A DNA stretch of 63,230 nucleotides, filler included, from Octopus bimaculoides (taxonomy: Eukaryota): the NCBI RefSeq assembly GCF_001194135.2. It is 4 parts of 3 records of this genome, joined end to end, with 100 filler letters (N's around TTAATTAATTAA, not from the genome) between each part and the next. Parts side by side here need not be neighbours in the genome. Positions count along the whole stretch, not along the records: positions 1 to 28,845 come from NC_069004.1; positions 28,946 to 50,551 come from NC_068983.1; 2 more parts are not named here. The stretch is one strand, 5' to 3'. Below are positions 24,015 through 36,231 of the stretch, piece by piece. Below the pieces are notes generated by a model. That model saw only the letters and a program-made list of their open reading frames with translations, was not told the DNA's origin and did no database searches. A program made the position numbers and the translations under genes. Each line of letters begins with the position of its first letter. The stretch's first letter is position 1.

Positions 24015-24015
<1 letters not shown>
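23760..24015 (-). promoter_or_regulatory. SLC17 upstream module copy e
   Basis: Plus strand matches copy d (GGAAATATTAG, CTTAGTTCTGG.AAGAAT, AATCAATATTA); minus-strand acceptor-like CTTTATATTCGTACAG (AG 23983-23982). Confidence 0.6.
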
Positions 24016-24062
<47 letters not shown>

Positions 24063-25760
24063 GCGGACTGTGTTTAAAAATATTAGTTGCCAGGAAACTA
24101 AGAAGACTGCGTGGAGTTAGCCAGAATATACATAGACTCACACGTAGTTAATAATTTAGAAAGTTTACTAAACGCTGCTAGAGTCACAGTAAGACATAAG
24201 GAAACCAAAACACCAAATAAACTTAAAAACCAGAAAAAGCAACCGGAACTGAAATGTTTTCTATAAAATTATTTTAGCATTTTCTACTTTTTCCATATAT
24301 ATATATCATTTATAAATCATAGGGCAGCAAAAAAACTTTTAGAAATTTAATTTGCCACCAGTGGTCTAGCGAGAATAAAAATTAGTCAGTAGACTATATA
24401 TATATTATTCGTTAGAATACAGAGATGCCTATAATAGGACATCTAACCCGCTAGAAAGAGCAGCAAAAAACTCTATACCACAAAAATAGGGATAATTTCG
24501 AATGAGAATGAAAAATAAAAATAAAAACTAAAAATAAAAACTTGAGTTTTTATTTTTCATTCTCATTCGAAATTATCCCTATTTTTGTGGTATAGAGTTT
24601 TTTGCTGCTCTTTCTAGCGGGTTAGATGTCCTACTATAGGCATCTCTNNNNNNNNNNNNNNNNNNNNNNNNNNNNNNNNNNNNNNNNNNNNNNNNNNNNN
24701 NNNNNNNNNNNNNNNNNNNNNNNNNNNNNNNNNNNNNNNNNNNNNNNNNNNNNNNNNNNNNNNNNNNNNNNNNNNNNNNNNNNNNNNNNNNNNNNNNNNN
24801 NNNNNNNNNNNNNNNNNNNNNNNNNNNNNNNNNNNNNNNNNNNNNNNNNNNNNNNNNNNNNNNNNNNNNNNNNNNNNNNNNNNNNNNNNNNNNNNNNNNN
24901 NNNNNNNNNNNNNNNNNNNNNNNNNNNNNNNNNNNNNNNNNNNNNNNNNNNNNNNNNNNNNNNNNNNNNNNNNNNNNNNNNNNNNNNNNNNNNNNNNNNN
25001 NNNNNNNNNNNNNNNNNNNNNNNCATATATTATTATATTATATAACAAGATGTCTTTGGGAGGTTAAAAGCTTTTGCTGATATTGTAATTTAGGCCATGC
25101 ATTTTGAAGACATTCAGACAATGAAATTCAATGAGAGGAGATTGAATATAATATAAAGTGCATGAGTTCAAATACCATCATTGTTGCGATACACACCTAT
25201 CGATCATTCACCTATTTTATGCTTACCGTGATTGATCAGGTTACAGCAGCTACAGATAAATTAAAACAGAAACTGTATAATATTAACTCAGCTTCAATGG
25301 AATGAAAGGACATTCAACAACTTTAAAAAAAAGATCTCACGTTCTAAGCCAAAACAAATGTGCAGTTTCTGTGGAAATTACATATAAAAAAAGGCCTTAA
25401 TCAGAGAATTCATTCTACATCAATAGTGAAGATTTGGACGTCCAGCGAAAAACAATTATTGAAGAGAACTGTAAGTCTATTTCTTTGTGCACTATTGAAG
25501 CAAACGTTCAGTTTCCATGTACTTAATATTACACACACAAACGCACACACACACACACACACACAAATATATATACATATGTGTGTGTGTGTATGTATGT
25601 ATGTACGTATATACAACTGATTGAACTTCGGTATGGGAAACATTTATAACCTTCTACGCCTCTAAGCCACTATTATTTCGAAAAGTGGCTTTTTTATATC
25701 TTCTACTGATTGCTCGGAGCATACTAACTTCCGACAACTGGATCCTGTAATCTCATGTTT

Positions 25761-25799
<39 letters not shown>

Positions 25800-25868
25800 N
25801 NNNNNNNNNNNNNNNNNNNNNNNNNNNNNNNNNNNNNNNNNNNNNNNNNNNNNNNNNNNNNNNNNNNN

Positions 25869-25904
<36 letters not shown>

Positions 25905-26204
25905 CTTATGTATATATATATACATACATGCATGTATGTATGTATGTATAAGTTTTTAATTTAATTTAATTCTATATATAATTTTTTATATTTTTGCTTT
26001 ATTAAAATATATTTTACATTATTGAACTTGTTTTATAGATATTGATCTGCACTTGTCCTTTTCACTTCTATATTGTCCCAGGATGCTGTTTACGAGATCT
26101 ATTGTTCCACCATACCTTGATAGGCTTGCTTTTGATGTGATTTGATCTTTGCGATGTGATGTTGATTGAGAAACAAAATATATAGTAGTCTACTTCTAAC
26201 ATTG

Positions 26205-26520
26205 AAACAATGCAAGTTAACAAATGCGGAGACCCTCGATGTGGAACTTGTAAAACCATTGACGAGGGTGGAAAAAAATTCCTTTAAAAATAATGAGATT
26301 TTCAAAGTTCATGCAAACGTGAATTTCAAAACAAAAAACTTAACTTACTGTGCAACTTGCCTACAATGTAAAGAATACTACATTAGTAAAACCGGAATGG
26401 GACTATATGATAGAGCTTGGATACATAAGCAACAAATTAAAGATGCCTCTGCCAGAAACACCACTGGCAGTGAACACTTTGCATCATGCGGAAACGGAAA
26501 ATCACAATCTTCCTCTTCTT
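26205..26520 (+). mobile_element. Penelope-like GIY-YIG endonuclease fragment 1
   Basis: KCGDPRCGTCKT (Cys knuckle, shifted frame), then KTKNLTYCATCLQCKEYYISKTG...R...HKQQI. Confidence 0.75.
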
Positions 26521-26599
26521 TAAGTTATGACCGCACGACAGACATTTCCAGAAATATAAAGAGCCATGAGGAAATTTGAAACTATCATACGTAACAATA

Positions 26600-27297
26600 G
26601 GAATGGGATTTGCCCACTCTATAGGAGCAAGTCATGGAACACCATCGGAAGGACTAAGACGAGAATAGGGAAAACCACAACTCATGGTATAATAGCCACA
26701 AATACCAGAGTGTCATGTTCGTCGACACCACTCCTAGAGGCGAACTGGCATACCGCTTTAGAAGGGCCATAGACAAACTTAAGCTACGAATTAAGGTTGT
26801 AGAAAGGCCAGGTATCCTTATTAAAATTTCTAATTGGTAGAACCCACCCTTTTAGTAGAACCCACCCTTTTAGTAGAACCAACCCTTTTAGTAGAACCCC
26901 CTGTACTGATAGGAACTGTATTGTATGTAGAGTTTGCCCACAAACAAATTGTAAAGCTAGGAATGTTGTCTATAGTATAAGATGTACAGAGGGACGGTAC
27001 AGTAACAAGACAACAACGTACGTAGGGGAGACAGCACGGCGCATAGGAGAGCGGTTAAATGATCATTGGAGGGAACTTAAGGAGGAGAAGAGCTCATCGG
27101 TTCTGTACCAGCACACCGAGCAGGAACACGGGGGCTCACTCAACAACATAGAAGTTAAAATCCCGTCCACACACAGAACAGTCGCAACGCTTAGACAAAT
27201 TAAGGAAGCTATACACATAATAGAAGATAAACCTATCCTGAGTAGGAAACTAGAATGGAACACTAAACACACACCTCCAACAGACCACAACCTATGA
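26600..27297 (+). mobile_element. Penelope-like linker plus GIY-YIG endonuclease fragment 2
   Basis: PLYRSKSW, YQSVMFVDTTPRGELA, IKVVERPG; a start-less open frame 26803..27297 reads PCTDRNCIVC...NVVYSIRC...YVGETARRIGERLNDH...IKEAIHI. Confidence 0.8.
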
Positions 27298-28801
27298 CAG
27301 AATAAGATTCCCATAATATGAATATAAGACAATACACAGATAAATAAATGGAATTAAATAACTATATACATTAACAAAATAAAATATATCAAATTAAATT
27401 AATACAAAAAATAGAAAGAAAAGAAAAAGTAAGTAGATATAAACAAATGAATAAAATAAAAAAAAGTAAATTACATGAACATGTATAAATAGGGGATACT
27501 GATAATGCAGGCACATTCCCACACACACTTACTAAACATAGACACACAGGTATATACGCATGAACAAATAAAGATACATACAATAGGAATACAAAATGGC
27601 AGATCATTAGTAAGGAGAGACACACAAAACTGGCAACATGACCATCCCAAAATACAACAATATATATATATATANNNNNNNNNNNNNNNNNNNNNNNNNN
27701 NNNNNNNNNNNNNNNNNNNNNNNNNNNNNNNNNNNNNNNNNNNNNNNNNNNNNNNNNNNNNNNNNNNNNNNNNNNNNNNNNNNNNNNNNNNNNNNNNNNN
27801 NNNNNNNNNNNNNNNNNNNNNNNNNNNNNNNNNNNNNNNNNNNNNNNNNNNNNNNNNNNNNNNNNNNNNNNNNNNNNNNNNNNNNNNNNNNNNNNNNNNN
27901 NNNNNNNNNNNNNNNNNNNNNNNNNNNNNNNNNNNNNNNNNNNNNNNNNNNNNNNNNNNNNNNNNNNNNNNNNNNNNNNNNNNNNNNNNNNNNNNNNNNN
28001 NNNNNNNNNNNNNNNNNNNNNNNNNNNNNNNNNNNNNNNNNNNNNNNNNNNNNNNNNNNNNNNNNNNNNNNNNNNNNNNNNNNNNNNNNNNNNNNNNNNN
28101 NNNNNNNNNNNNNNNNNNNNNNNNNNNNNNNNNNNNNNNNNNNNNNNNNNNNNNNNNNNNNNNNNNNNNNNNNNNNNNNNNNNNNNNNNNNNNNNNNNNN
28201 NNNNNNNNNNNNNNNNNNNNNNNNNNNNNNNNNNNNNNNNNNNNNNNNNNNNTATATATATATATACACATATATATATACACATATATATATACATACA
28301 TATAAGGTAACGAACAAAGGAAACCTTATTTCAAAGGAGTGTGCAAAAAATTCAATTCACTGGTACGTTGGTTGAATACAATAGAACAATGGGTATAAGG
28401 TAAATTCGAAAAGCTAAATTAAATAGAGCGATACAAATGACAATACAATAATATAATATAATATAATATAATATAATTTAATATAATATCATATAAAATA
28501 ATATAATATAACAAACAATTATTAAAAAAACCCAAAAGAGCAAATTTTTAAAATTCAACATTATTATATAGATTAAGATAACAAAACTTAAAGATACACA
28601 CGCACGCACACACACACACACACATACACACATACACACACATATATATACATACATGTACATATATATATATATACATACATATACACACATAAGAACA
28701 TACAGACACATACACACACATATATATATTCACATATTCATATAGATATACATACACATGCATAAACCCACATATACCTACATAGGCACACATATATACT
28801 A

Positions 28802-28845
<44 letters not shown>

Positions 28846-28945
28846 NNNNNNNNNNNNNNNNNNNNNNNNNNNNNNNNNNNNNNNNNNNNTTAATTAATTA
28901 ANNNNNNNNNNNNNNNNNNNNNNNNNNNNNNNNNNNNNNNNNNNN
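28846..28945. other. 100-bp scaffold join spacer (44N-TTAATTAATTAA-44N); also 50552-50651 and 61068-61167
   Basis: Identical 44+12+44 layout three times; the 12-mer puts stops in all six frames. Confidence 0.9.
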
Positions 28946-29036
28946 CTCAAATCCGATAAAAGTAGAAATCTATATCAAATTGACCACAATATTTCAAACT
29001 CAACCGCCAACTAATATAGGAAAATTGAAATCGGTG

Positions 29037-29135
29037 TGTTTTGCTACGGACGAAGAAGCACAGGAAGCTGTACATAAATGGCTACGCAACCAGTCAAAAA
29101 CCTTCTATAAAATAAACAAGCATGTGGGCCGCTGA
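29037..29135 (+). mobile_element. mariner transposase C-terminal fragment
   Basis: FATDEEAQEAVHKWLRNQSKTFY resembles the mariner C-terminal F..DEEV...V..WL..Q...FY helix. Confidence 0.55.
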
Positions 29136-29139
29136 AACA

Positions 29140-31533
29140 AACGGAAACTAACCGAAAGTAACGGAAACTAACCGAAAGTAACGGAAACTAACCGAAAGTA
29201 ACGGGATCTAACGGAAAATAACGGCAAGGAACGGAAACTAACGGAAAGTAACGGAATTGACGGAAAATAACGGAAACTAACGGGAAGTAACGGAAACTAA
29301 CGGAAACTAACGGCAAGTAACGGAACCTAACGGAAAGTAACGGAAAGTAACGGAAAGCAACGGAAAGTAACGAAAACTAACAGAAACTAGCGGAAACTAA
29401 CGGGAACTAACGGAAAATAACGCAAACTAACGGAAGCTAACGGGAAATATCGGAAAGTAACCTAGAGTCACGGAAAGTAACGGAGACTAACGGAAAGTAA
29501 CGGAAAGTAACGGAAAGTAACGGAAACTAACGGAATCCAACGGAAAGTAGCGGAAACTAACGGTGAGTACCGAAAACTAACGGAAACTAGTCAAAAGTAA
29601 CGGAAACAAACGGAAAATTTCTGGAAACTAACGAAAAGTAACGGAAATTAACGGAAACTAACGGAAACCAACGGAAACTAACTGAAACTAACGGAAACTG
29701 ACGGAAACTAACGGGGAGTTACGGAAAGTAACGAAAACTAACAGAAACTAGCGGAAAGTAACGGGAACTAACGGAATCTAACGGGAAGTAACGGAAACTA
29801 ACGGCAAGTAACGGAGACTAACGGAAAGTAACGGGAACTAACGGAAAATAACGGCAAGTAACGGAAACTAACGGAAACTAACGGGAAGTAACGGAAAGTA
29901 ACGAAAACTAACAGAAACTAGCGGAAACTAAGGGAACTAACGGAAAGTAACGGAAACTAACGGAAAGTAACGGAAAATAACGGAAACGAATGGAAAGTAA
30001 CGGAAACTAACGGAATCTAACGGAAAGTAGCGGAAAGTAGCGGAAACTAACGGAGAGTAACGGAAACTAACGGAAACTAACGGAAACTAGCGGAAAGTAG
30101 CGGAAAATAACGGAATTAACGGAAACTAACGGAAAGTAANNNNNNNNNNNNNNNNNNNNNNNNNNNNNNNNNNNNNNNNNNNNNNNNNNNNNNNNNNNNN
30201 NNNNNNNNNNNNNNNNNNNNNNNNNNNNNNNNNNNNNNNNNNNNNNNNNNNNNNNNNNNNNNNNNNNNNNNNNNNNNNNNNNNNNNNNNNNNNNNNNNNN
30301 NNNNNNNNNNNNNNNNNNNNNNNNNNNNNNNNNNNNNNNNNNNNNNNNNNNNNNNNNNNNNNNNNNNNNNNNNNNNNNNNNNNNNNNNNNNNNNNNNNNN
30401 NNNNNNNNNNNNNNNNNNNNNNNNNNNNNNNNNNNNNNNNNNNNNNNNNNNNNNNNNNNNNNNNNNNNNNNNNNNNNNNNNNNNNNNNNNNNNNNNNNNN
30501 NNNNNNNNNNNNNNNNNNNNNNNNNNNNNNNNNNNNNNNNNNNNNNNNNNNNNNNNNNNNNNNNNNNNNNNNNNNNNNNNNNNNNNNNNNNNNNNNNNNN
30601 NNNNNNNNNNNNNNNNNNNNNNNNNNNNNNNNNNNNNNNNNNNNNNNNNNNNNNNNNNNNNNNNNNNNNNNNNNNNNNNNNNNNNNNNNNNNNNNNNNNN
30701 NNNNNNNNNNNNNNNNNNNNNNNNNNNNNNNNNNNNNNNNNNNNNNNNNNNNNNNNNNNNNNNNNNNNNNNNNNNNNNNNNNNNNNNNNNNNNNNNNNNN
30801 NNNNNNNNNNNNNNNNNNNNNNNNNNNNNNNNNNNNNNNNNNNNNNNNNNNNNNNNNNNNNNNNNNNNNNNNNNNNNNNNNNNNNNNNNNNNNNNNNNNN
30901 NNNNNNNNNNNNNNNNNNNNNNNNNNNNNNNNNNNNNNNNNNNNNNNNNNNNNNNNNNNNNNNNNAGCGGGAACGGAAAGTAACGAACACTAACAGAAAC
31001 TAGCGGAAACTAACGGGAACTAACGGAAAATAACGGAAACTAACGGGAAGTAACGGAAACTCACGGAAACTAACGAAAAGTAACGTAAACTAACGGAAGC
31101 TAACGGTAAGTAACGGAAACTTACGGAAACTAACGGAAACTAACAGAAGGTAACGGAAAGTAACGGAAAGTAATTGAAACTAACGGAAACTAACGAGAAA
31201 TAACGGGAACTAACAGAAAGTAACGGAAAGTAACGGAAAGTAACGGAAAGTGACGGAAACTAACGGAAACTGACGGAAACTAACGGAAACTAACGGAAAC
31301 TAACGGAAACTAAAGGAATCTAACGGAAAGTATTGGAAAGTAGCGGAAACTAACCGAGAGTAACGGAAACTAACGGAAACTAGTGGAAAGTAACGGAAAA
31401 TAACGGAAACTAACGGAAAGTAACGGAAACTAACGGAAACTAACGGAAAGTAACGGAAACTAACGGAAAGTAACGGAAAGTAACGGAAAATAGCGGAAAC
31501 TATCGGAAACCAACGGTGACTAACGGAAACTAA
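29140..31533. repeat. 10-bp tandem satellite (TAACGGAAA[C/G])n, interrupted by gap 30140-30965
   Basis: Directly visible period-10 array on both sides of the gap. Confidence 0.95.
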
Positions 31534-31534
31534 G

Positions 31535-31632
31535 TGTGCCATAGGACACCCCAAATGTGCCACCCAGGATGTGCCACCCTCTAACTGTGCCATAGGGCTC
31601 TCCAGATGTGCCACTCAGGATGTGCCAACCTC
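31535..31632. repeat. ~50-bp dimer, each unit with three TGTGCCA motifs
   Basis: TGTGCCATAGG...ATGTGCCAC.CAGGATGTGCCA occurs twice. Confidence 0.75.
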
Positions 31633-31640
31633 GTATATGC

Positions 31641-31659
<19 letters not shown>

Positions 31660-31674
<15 letters not shown>

Positions 31675-31840
31675 CCCTCAACATCGCTTGACAACCGATG
31701 GTGGCGTGTTTACGCCCCCGTAACTTAGCGGTTAGAATAAGTATTAGGCTTACAAAGAATAAGTCCTGAGGTCGATTTGCTCGACTAAAGGTGGTGCTCC
31801 AGCATGGCCACAGTCAAATGACTGAAACAAGTAAAAGAGT
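31660..31840 (+). mobile_element. SINE family A 3' part
   Basis: CAACATCGCTTGACAACCGATG...GTGCTCCAGCATGGCCACAGTCAAATGACTGAAACAAGTAAAAG. Shorter tail pieces also occur at ~1100-1170 and ~19113-19232. Confidence 0.8.
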
Positions 31841-32029
31841 ATACACGTTTTTTCTACAGAGCAATTTAATCCACTACATCAACTTTCCTTGCCTTGAAAA
31901 AAAAACTTAGTTCGGCAAAAAATTAAAATTTTATTAGAAAATTACGATCGCAGACTGACTTTTGACGAAAAATATAACAAGACTAATGCCAAAGATTTAA
32001 ATCTGAAATATATCTACATATCGATGTTA

Positions 32030-33500
32030 TTGCGGCCGCTTCGGAGTCTTTCTTTTTGATTGAAAATATAAAGTTTTAAGAAACTTAAAGACCACGATAA
32101 GATAAATACAATAATCTAATACTAACCTCAAATCCGATAAAAGTAGAAATCTATATCAAATTGACCATAATATTTCAAACTCAACCGCCAACTAATATAG
32201 GAAAATTGAAAAAAATATCATATATAAAATCAAGAAACAAGAAAATTGACGATAGAACTGAATATTGATGATAAAACTAAAAACCTTACAATCAATAACA
32301 CCAGCAGAAATCAACAATAGGATTCGTTAATTCCACTAAAACCAATATCGGTGAAATAGTAAAAGTATCCTTGACAGAATAGTGCCAAAAATCAAATTAG
32401 TTTCACTACTATGGAACAATAAACATGTTCTAGAATTATGGTACCATTTTATAACAAAAGAAAAACACCACGCCGATTTATGTAGTCTTGTATTCACTTA
32501 ATCAAAATGTACTTCGAAAAGCCCTAAATTTTGCACGATCAGTTACAAACATTAATGAAACGGAAATCGAAATAACAATACTTGCCAAGGAAACAAATTT
32601 AGAACATGACAATGAATTTTAGAGGGAAAATTTTGGCAATTTTTCCGACGATTGTATGTTAGCCCGTGATTTGACAAAGATCAGCGACATTGTGTGTTTA
32701 TATCTGTTAACAAATGGGAACAGTAACTATCGCGTTAGATGCCAGCCTTTGCTGAGACGATGGCGTATTAATTTTGAAGAACCTCAATGTGAACAAATAA
32801 GGACAAGTTATATTACTTATCTGATCCAGAAAGACTCAAAGTAATTACTGAACATAATATCACTCCACATGTTCTTTTCTTTTCATAAAGCATTCACTTG
32901 ATTACAGTGCTTGTCACCTCACCACAAGCATATAACAAACCACATTGTCAAAAACATGGAGCTAAGAATCAAAACTTTCTACAAACAAATATTTCATGAA
33001 AATGCACTTTACTATACCATAAAAGTGGTTATCATGAAAAATTGCGTATATTCAAGAAAACAAGAGAACCACTACAACTGCAAAAATAGGAGGCGTAATA
33101 TAGTCATATATAATACCCTTTCAACTAAACCTATCGCACCTCGAACAGCTCAATCATTTAAAAAAATGTATGCCTTTTTTCATTCACTACATAGATATTA
33201 CAAAATATTTTACAAATATGTAGTCTTCCTCAACTACTTCGCTCAAATACTTGCGTCTTCAGATATCTATAAAAGAATAAATATAAATCTATAACTTACT
33301 AAACCAACCACAAATGCAATTTCTGCCATCAAGCAAATTGCCGACTTGACTCTAAACACATAGCGGAAGAAATAATGAGGTCTTGTGATTTTTGTACTGA
33401 GGAAACATACAAAATATTATTTACAATAAATACAATAAAAATCTCTCGGAACAATTTACAACATATAAACACAAAATATGAAAAATCACTCACCTCACAG
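32030..33500 (+). mobile_element. highly degenerate Penelope-like RT region
   Basis: Scattered motifs across frames: KSDKSRNLY, LI...KTNIG...ILDRIV, KALNFA, DIVCLYLL, HIVKNMELRI, KNRRRNIVIYN. Confidence 0.55.
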
Positions 33501-34785
33501 TATATTCGAACAGAGAATATGTGTACAAAAACATATAATCTCCTCTATATTTGTTATCATTCTCACCTATACTAACCCTATAAAATTCATATCCCGTACT
33601 AGACACGCATAAATACATAACCATTCACATGTATATATATATTTTATTACATGCTGACAAAGAAATCAAAATATTGCTTTCGACTGCATTTCAGAGATTG
33701 CGAAACTAACTTGTTGAAAGCAGAATGCAGAAAGCAGAATGCAGAAAGCAGAATGCATTGTAACTATAAATTTAATTTATAGCCCTTAAACTAGTTACCC
33801 ATTCATTTTTTTTTTCATTTGGCCCTCACAACGTTTACATAATACATTTACAATCCATGTCAATATTGGTTCAAGGTCAGCAATTTCGAGTCCATTGCAC
33901 AACTAATACTTATTTTATCGACCCCGAAAGTATAAAAAGCAAAATCAACCTCAGCGAAATGTTAACTTTGAAACCCTAACAATCGACCCCGCGCGATAAA
34001 CTCTTCACATAGCAGCTAACTACCCACCCCTTGTATCATTTGCATGATTATCTATATAAAATATAATACTAGAAATCTGTTGTTCTCTCATTTTCTAATA
34101 TCGTTTTCTTATCATTTACTCTATTCAGTAGTATACATTATTTCTTGCTTTATTTACTTATTTTGCTTTCATGAGCTCTTCCTAAACATCTATTTTAGAT
34201 TAGCTGTTTCTCCAAATTATTATCGTTTACACACACGCACAGATTCTATTCATAGCTGCCCAGTTATCTTTTGAGAGTAGAGACTTTTTGTTAACATATT
34301 CTCTATAATTTTCAGTATAACAGACAGCTGTTTTAATATTAAAAACGTCAAATTGACAACAATCTCATATTCTTTTATTATTGACGCTATACTTCTAATA
34401 ATTCTGTTGTGACATTTAATCTGAAAAGGCTGGGCGTTTGTTGATTGGAATTTTTTATATTCTCTCACAATTATATCATTTTTTTAATATTCTCTTACTA
34501 ACAGATTATTTGCAAGCTATTTGTTTGTTGATAAGTTTGCTTTTATTCACTAAAATTAACTTATAGTTGACTATCGGCGGTTCGATAGATAACATATCTA
34601 GTAAAGCATTTTTTGTACTCACGGGCAATTTCAGTATTAATATATTTACTGCAGTGAGTATTAATACATGAAATTAGAAATGCTTATGCGATGAGGAAAG
34701 AAGCGTCAGCTCAATGATTATATTTTGATACTCAATTCAAAAAATGCAGGAGATAGCTCATGACATGTTTTGTATTAGTACACTT

Positions 34786-35475
34786 GGATCTATTTTAAAA
34801 CGGGGGCGCCAGTTTTCATTTATGTTTTATGTAGTGTTTTTGGTACGGAAAGACTTTCAAACTTCGTATACTTATCTATTTTGTGTTATAGAATAGAAAA
34901 ATATTTTTGTATTCGAATTTATTTCATGTAAAAAATTGTCTTATTTCGATAATTTCTACTAATCACTGACGTCTATTCAGTTGAAAACAGTTAGCGCTGT
35001 AACGGTGTATATCGTATTAATCCCCTAACCCTAACCCTAACCCTAACTAGACTGTTAACCGTAACCGTAACCCTAACCGTAACCCTAAAACTNNNNNNNN
35101 NNNNNNNNNNNNNNNNNNNNNNNNNNNNNNNNNNNNNNNNNNNNACACACATAGATACGCACAGCGTAATTCATTATATAAACAATATATGCGTATAAAT
35201 TACGATTAAACCGGATGAAATATGCCACAGGGAATAACATTTTTATGACCGCCCAGCAGTAACTCTATTGAGCTGAATAGACGTCAGTGATTGGTTGAAA
35301 TTACAGAAATACGACAACTTTAACATATAATAACTTGCGAATTCCTTTTTTTTGTTAAGAAGACTAAGAGTAAAAGATGTTTTATATGACACATTCTACT
35401 AGTGTCCCAAGTTTCAAAGTGTTTCGTTAGTGTTTCGTTAAGAAAATACTGGCGACCCCGTTTTAAAATAGATCC
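34786..35475. mobile_element. MITE with 28-bp TIRs and 8-bp TSD
   Basis: GGATCTATTTTAAAACGGGGGCGCCAGT / ACTGGCGACCCCGTTTTAAAATAGATCC; GTACACTT on both sides (34778-34785, 35476-35483); internal perfect 20-bp IR 34961-34980 / 35273-35292. Confidence 0.88.
35023..35088. repeat. interstitial telomere-like (CCCTAA)n/(CCGTAA)n repeats
   Basis: CCCTAACCCTAACCCTAACCCTAA...CCGTAACCGTAACCCTAACCGTAACCCTAA, running into gap 35093-35144. Confidence 0.85.
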
Positions 35476-35750
35476 GTACACTTTTTCAGCAAAAGTGTAG
35501 ACTTTCCTGCAATAACTAAAGTATCAATGTGTCGATAAGCAATATCTTGCGCATGTCCGAATGATTAAAGTAATATTTAACTATTGTGGGCAAACTATAA
35601 ACCCCGCCCCTTATATAATCCACATTATCACCTTTTCAACTCTATTTCTGTCTTTTCTCAACCCTGTAACTAATGCTTTCCTTCTTCTCTGTTCGTTGCC
35701 CACCAGCCTACCACTTACCATTCCATCACCGCCTTTTCTAAGTATCATCG

Positions 35751-35781
<31 letters not shown>

Positions 35782-36031
35782 CCTCCATTATAGCGTCCAG
35801 TCACGAGCCTTAGCCTTGCAAGTTGCAAGGCAATCATCAGTTGTACTGGAGTAATGCAAAAGTACCCAGTAATCTTTGTAATGTGATTGGTGTTAGGAAG
35901 GGCATCAAGCCGTATAAAGAATACTAAAAAAGATATTGATTCATCTAAACCAGACGCTGTCGAACTGTCCAACCTATGCCAGCATAGAAGCCAGGCCTTA
36001 AATGATAAGGATGTATTCAGGATGTATTCAA

Positions 36032-36082
<51 letters not shown>

Positions 36083-36231
36083 GCTTTCAGTTTCCGTCCA
36101 CCAAATCCACTAATCCTCTGACAAGGCTTTCGTTGGTCCTGGACTATAGTAGAAGACACTTGCCCAAAGTGCTGCGCAATGGGACTGAACTCAAGACCAC
36201 AGCGTTTGGATGCATGAAATAGTGCATGAAA

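Noticed and set aside
24421-24647. Near-perfect hairpin with 101-bp arms
   Set aside because: The right arm ends exactly at a gap and its length equals a typical short read, so a reverse-placed read at the contig end is the likely cause. Long reads would be needed to rescue it.
28890-28901. TTAATTAATTAA islands inside N runs (also 50596-50607 and 61112-61123)
   Set aside because: The identical 44N+12+44N layout and six-frame stops indicate an artificial scaffolding spacer, not biology.
4397-31000. Long ORFs made of X residues
   Set aside because: They are translations through N gaps.
14342-31632. CRISPR-like interpretation of the 72-bp, 10-bp and TGTGCCA repeats
   Set aside because: The units are contiguous without unique spacers, there are no cas genes, and the DNA is animal.
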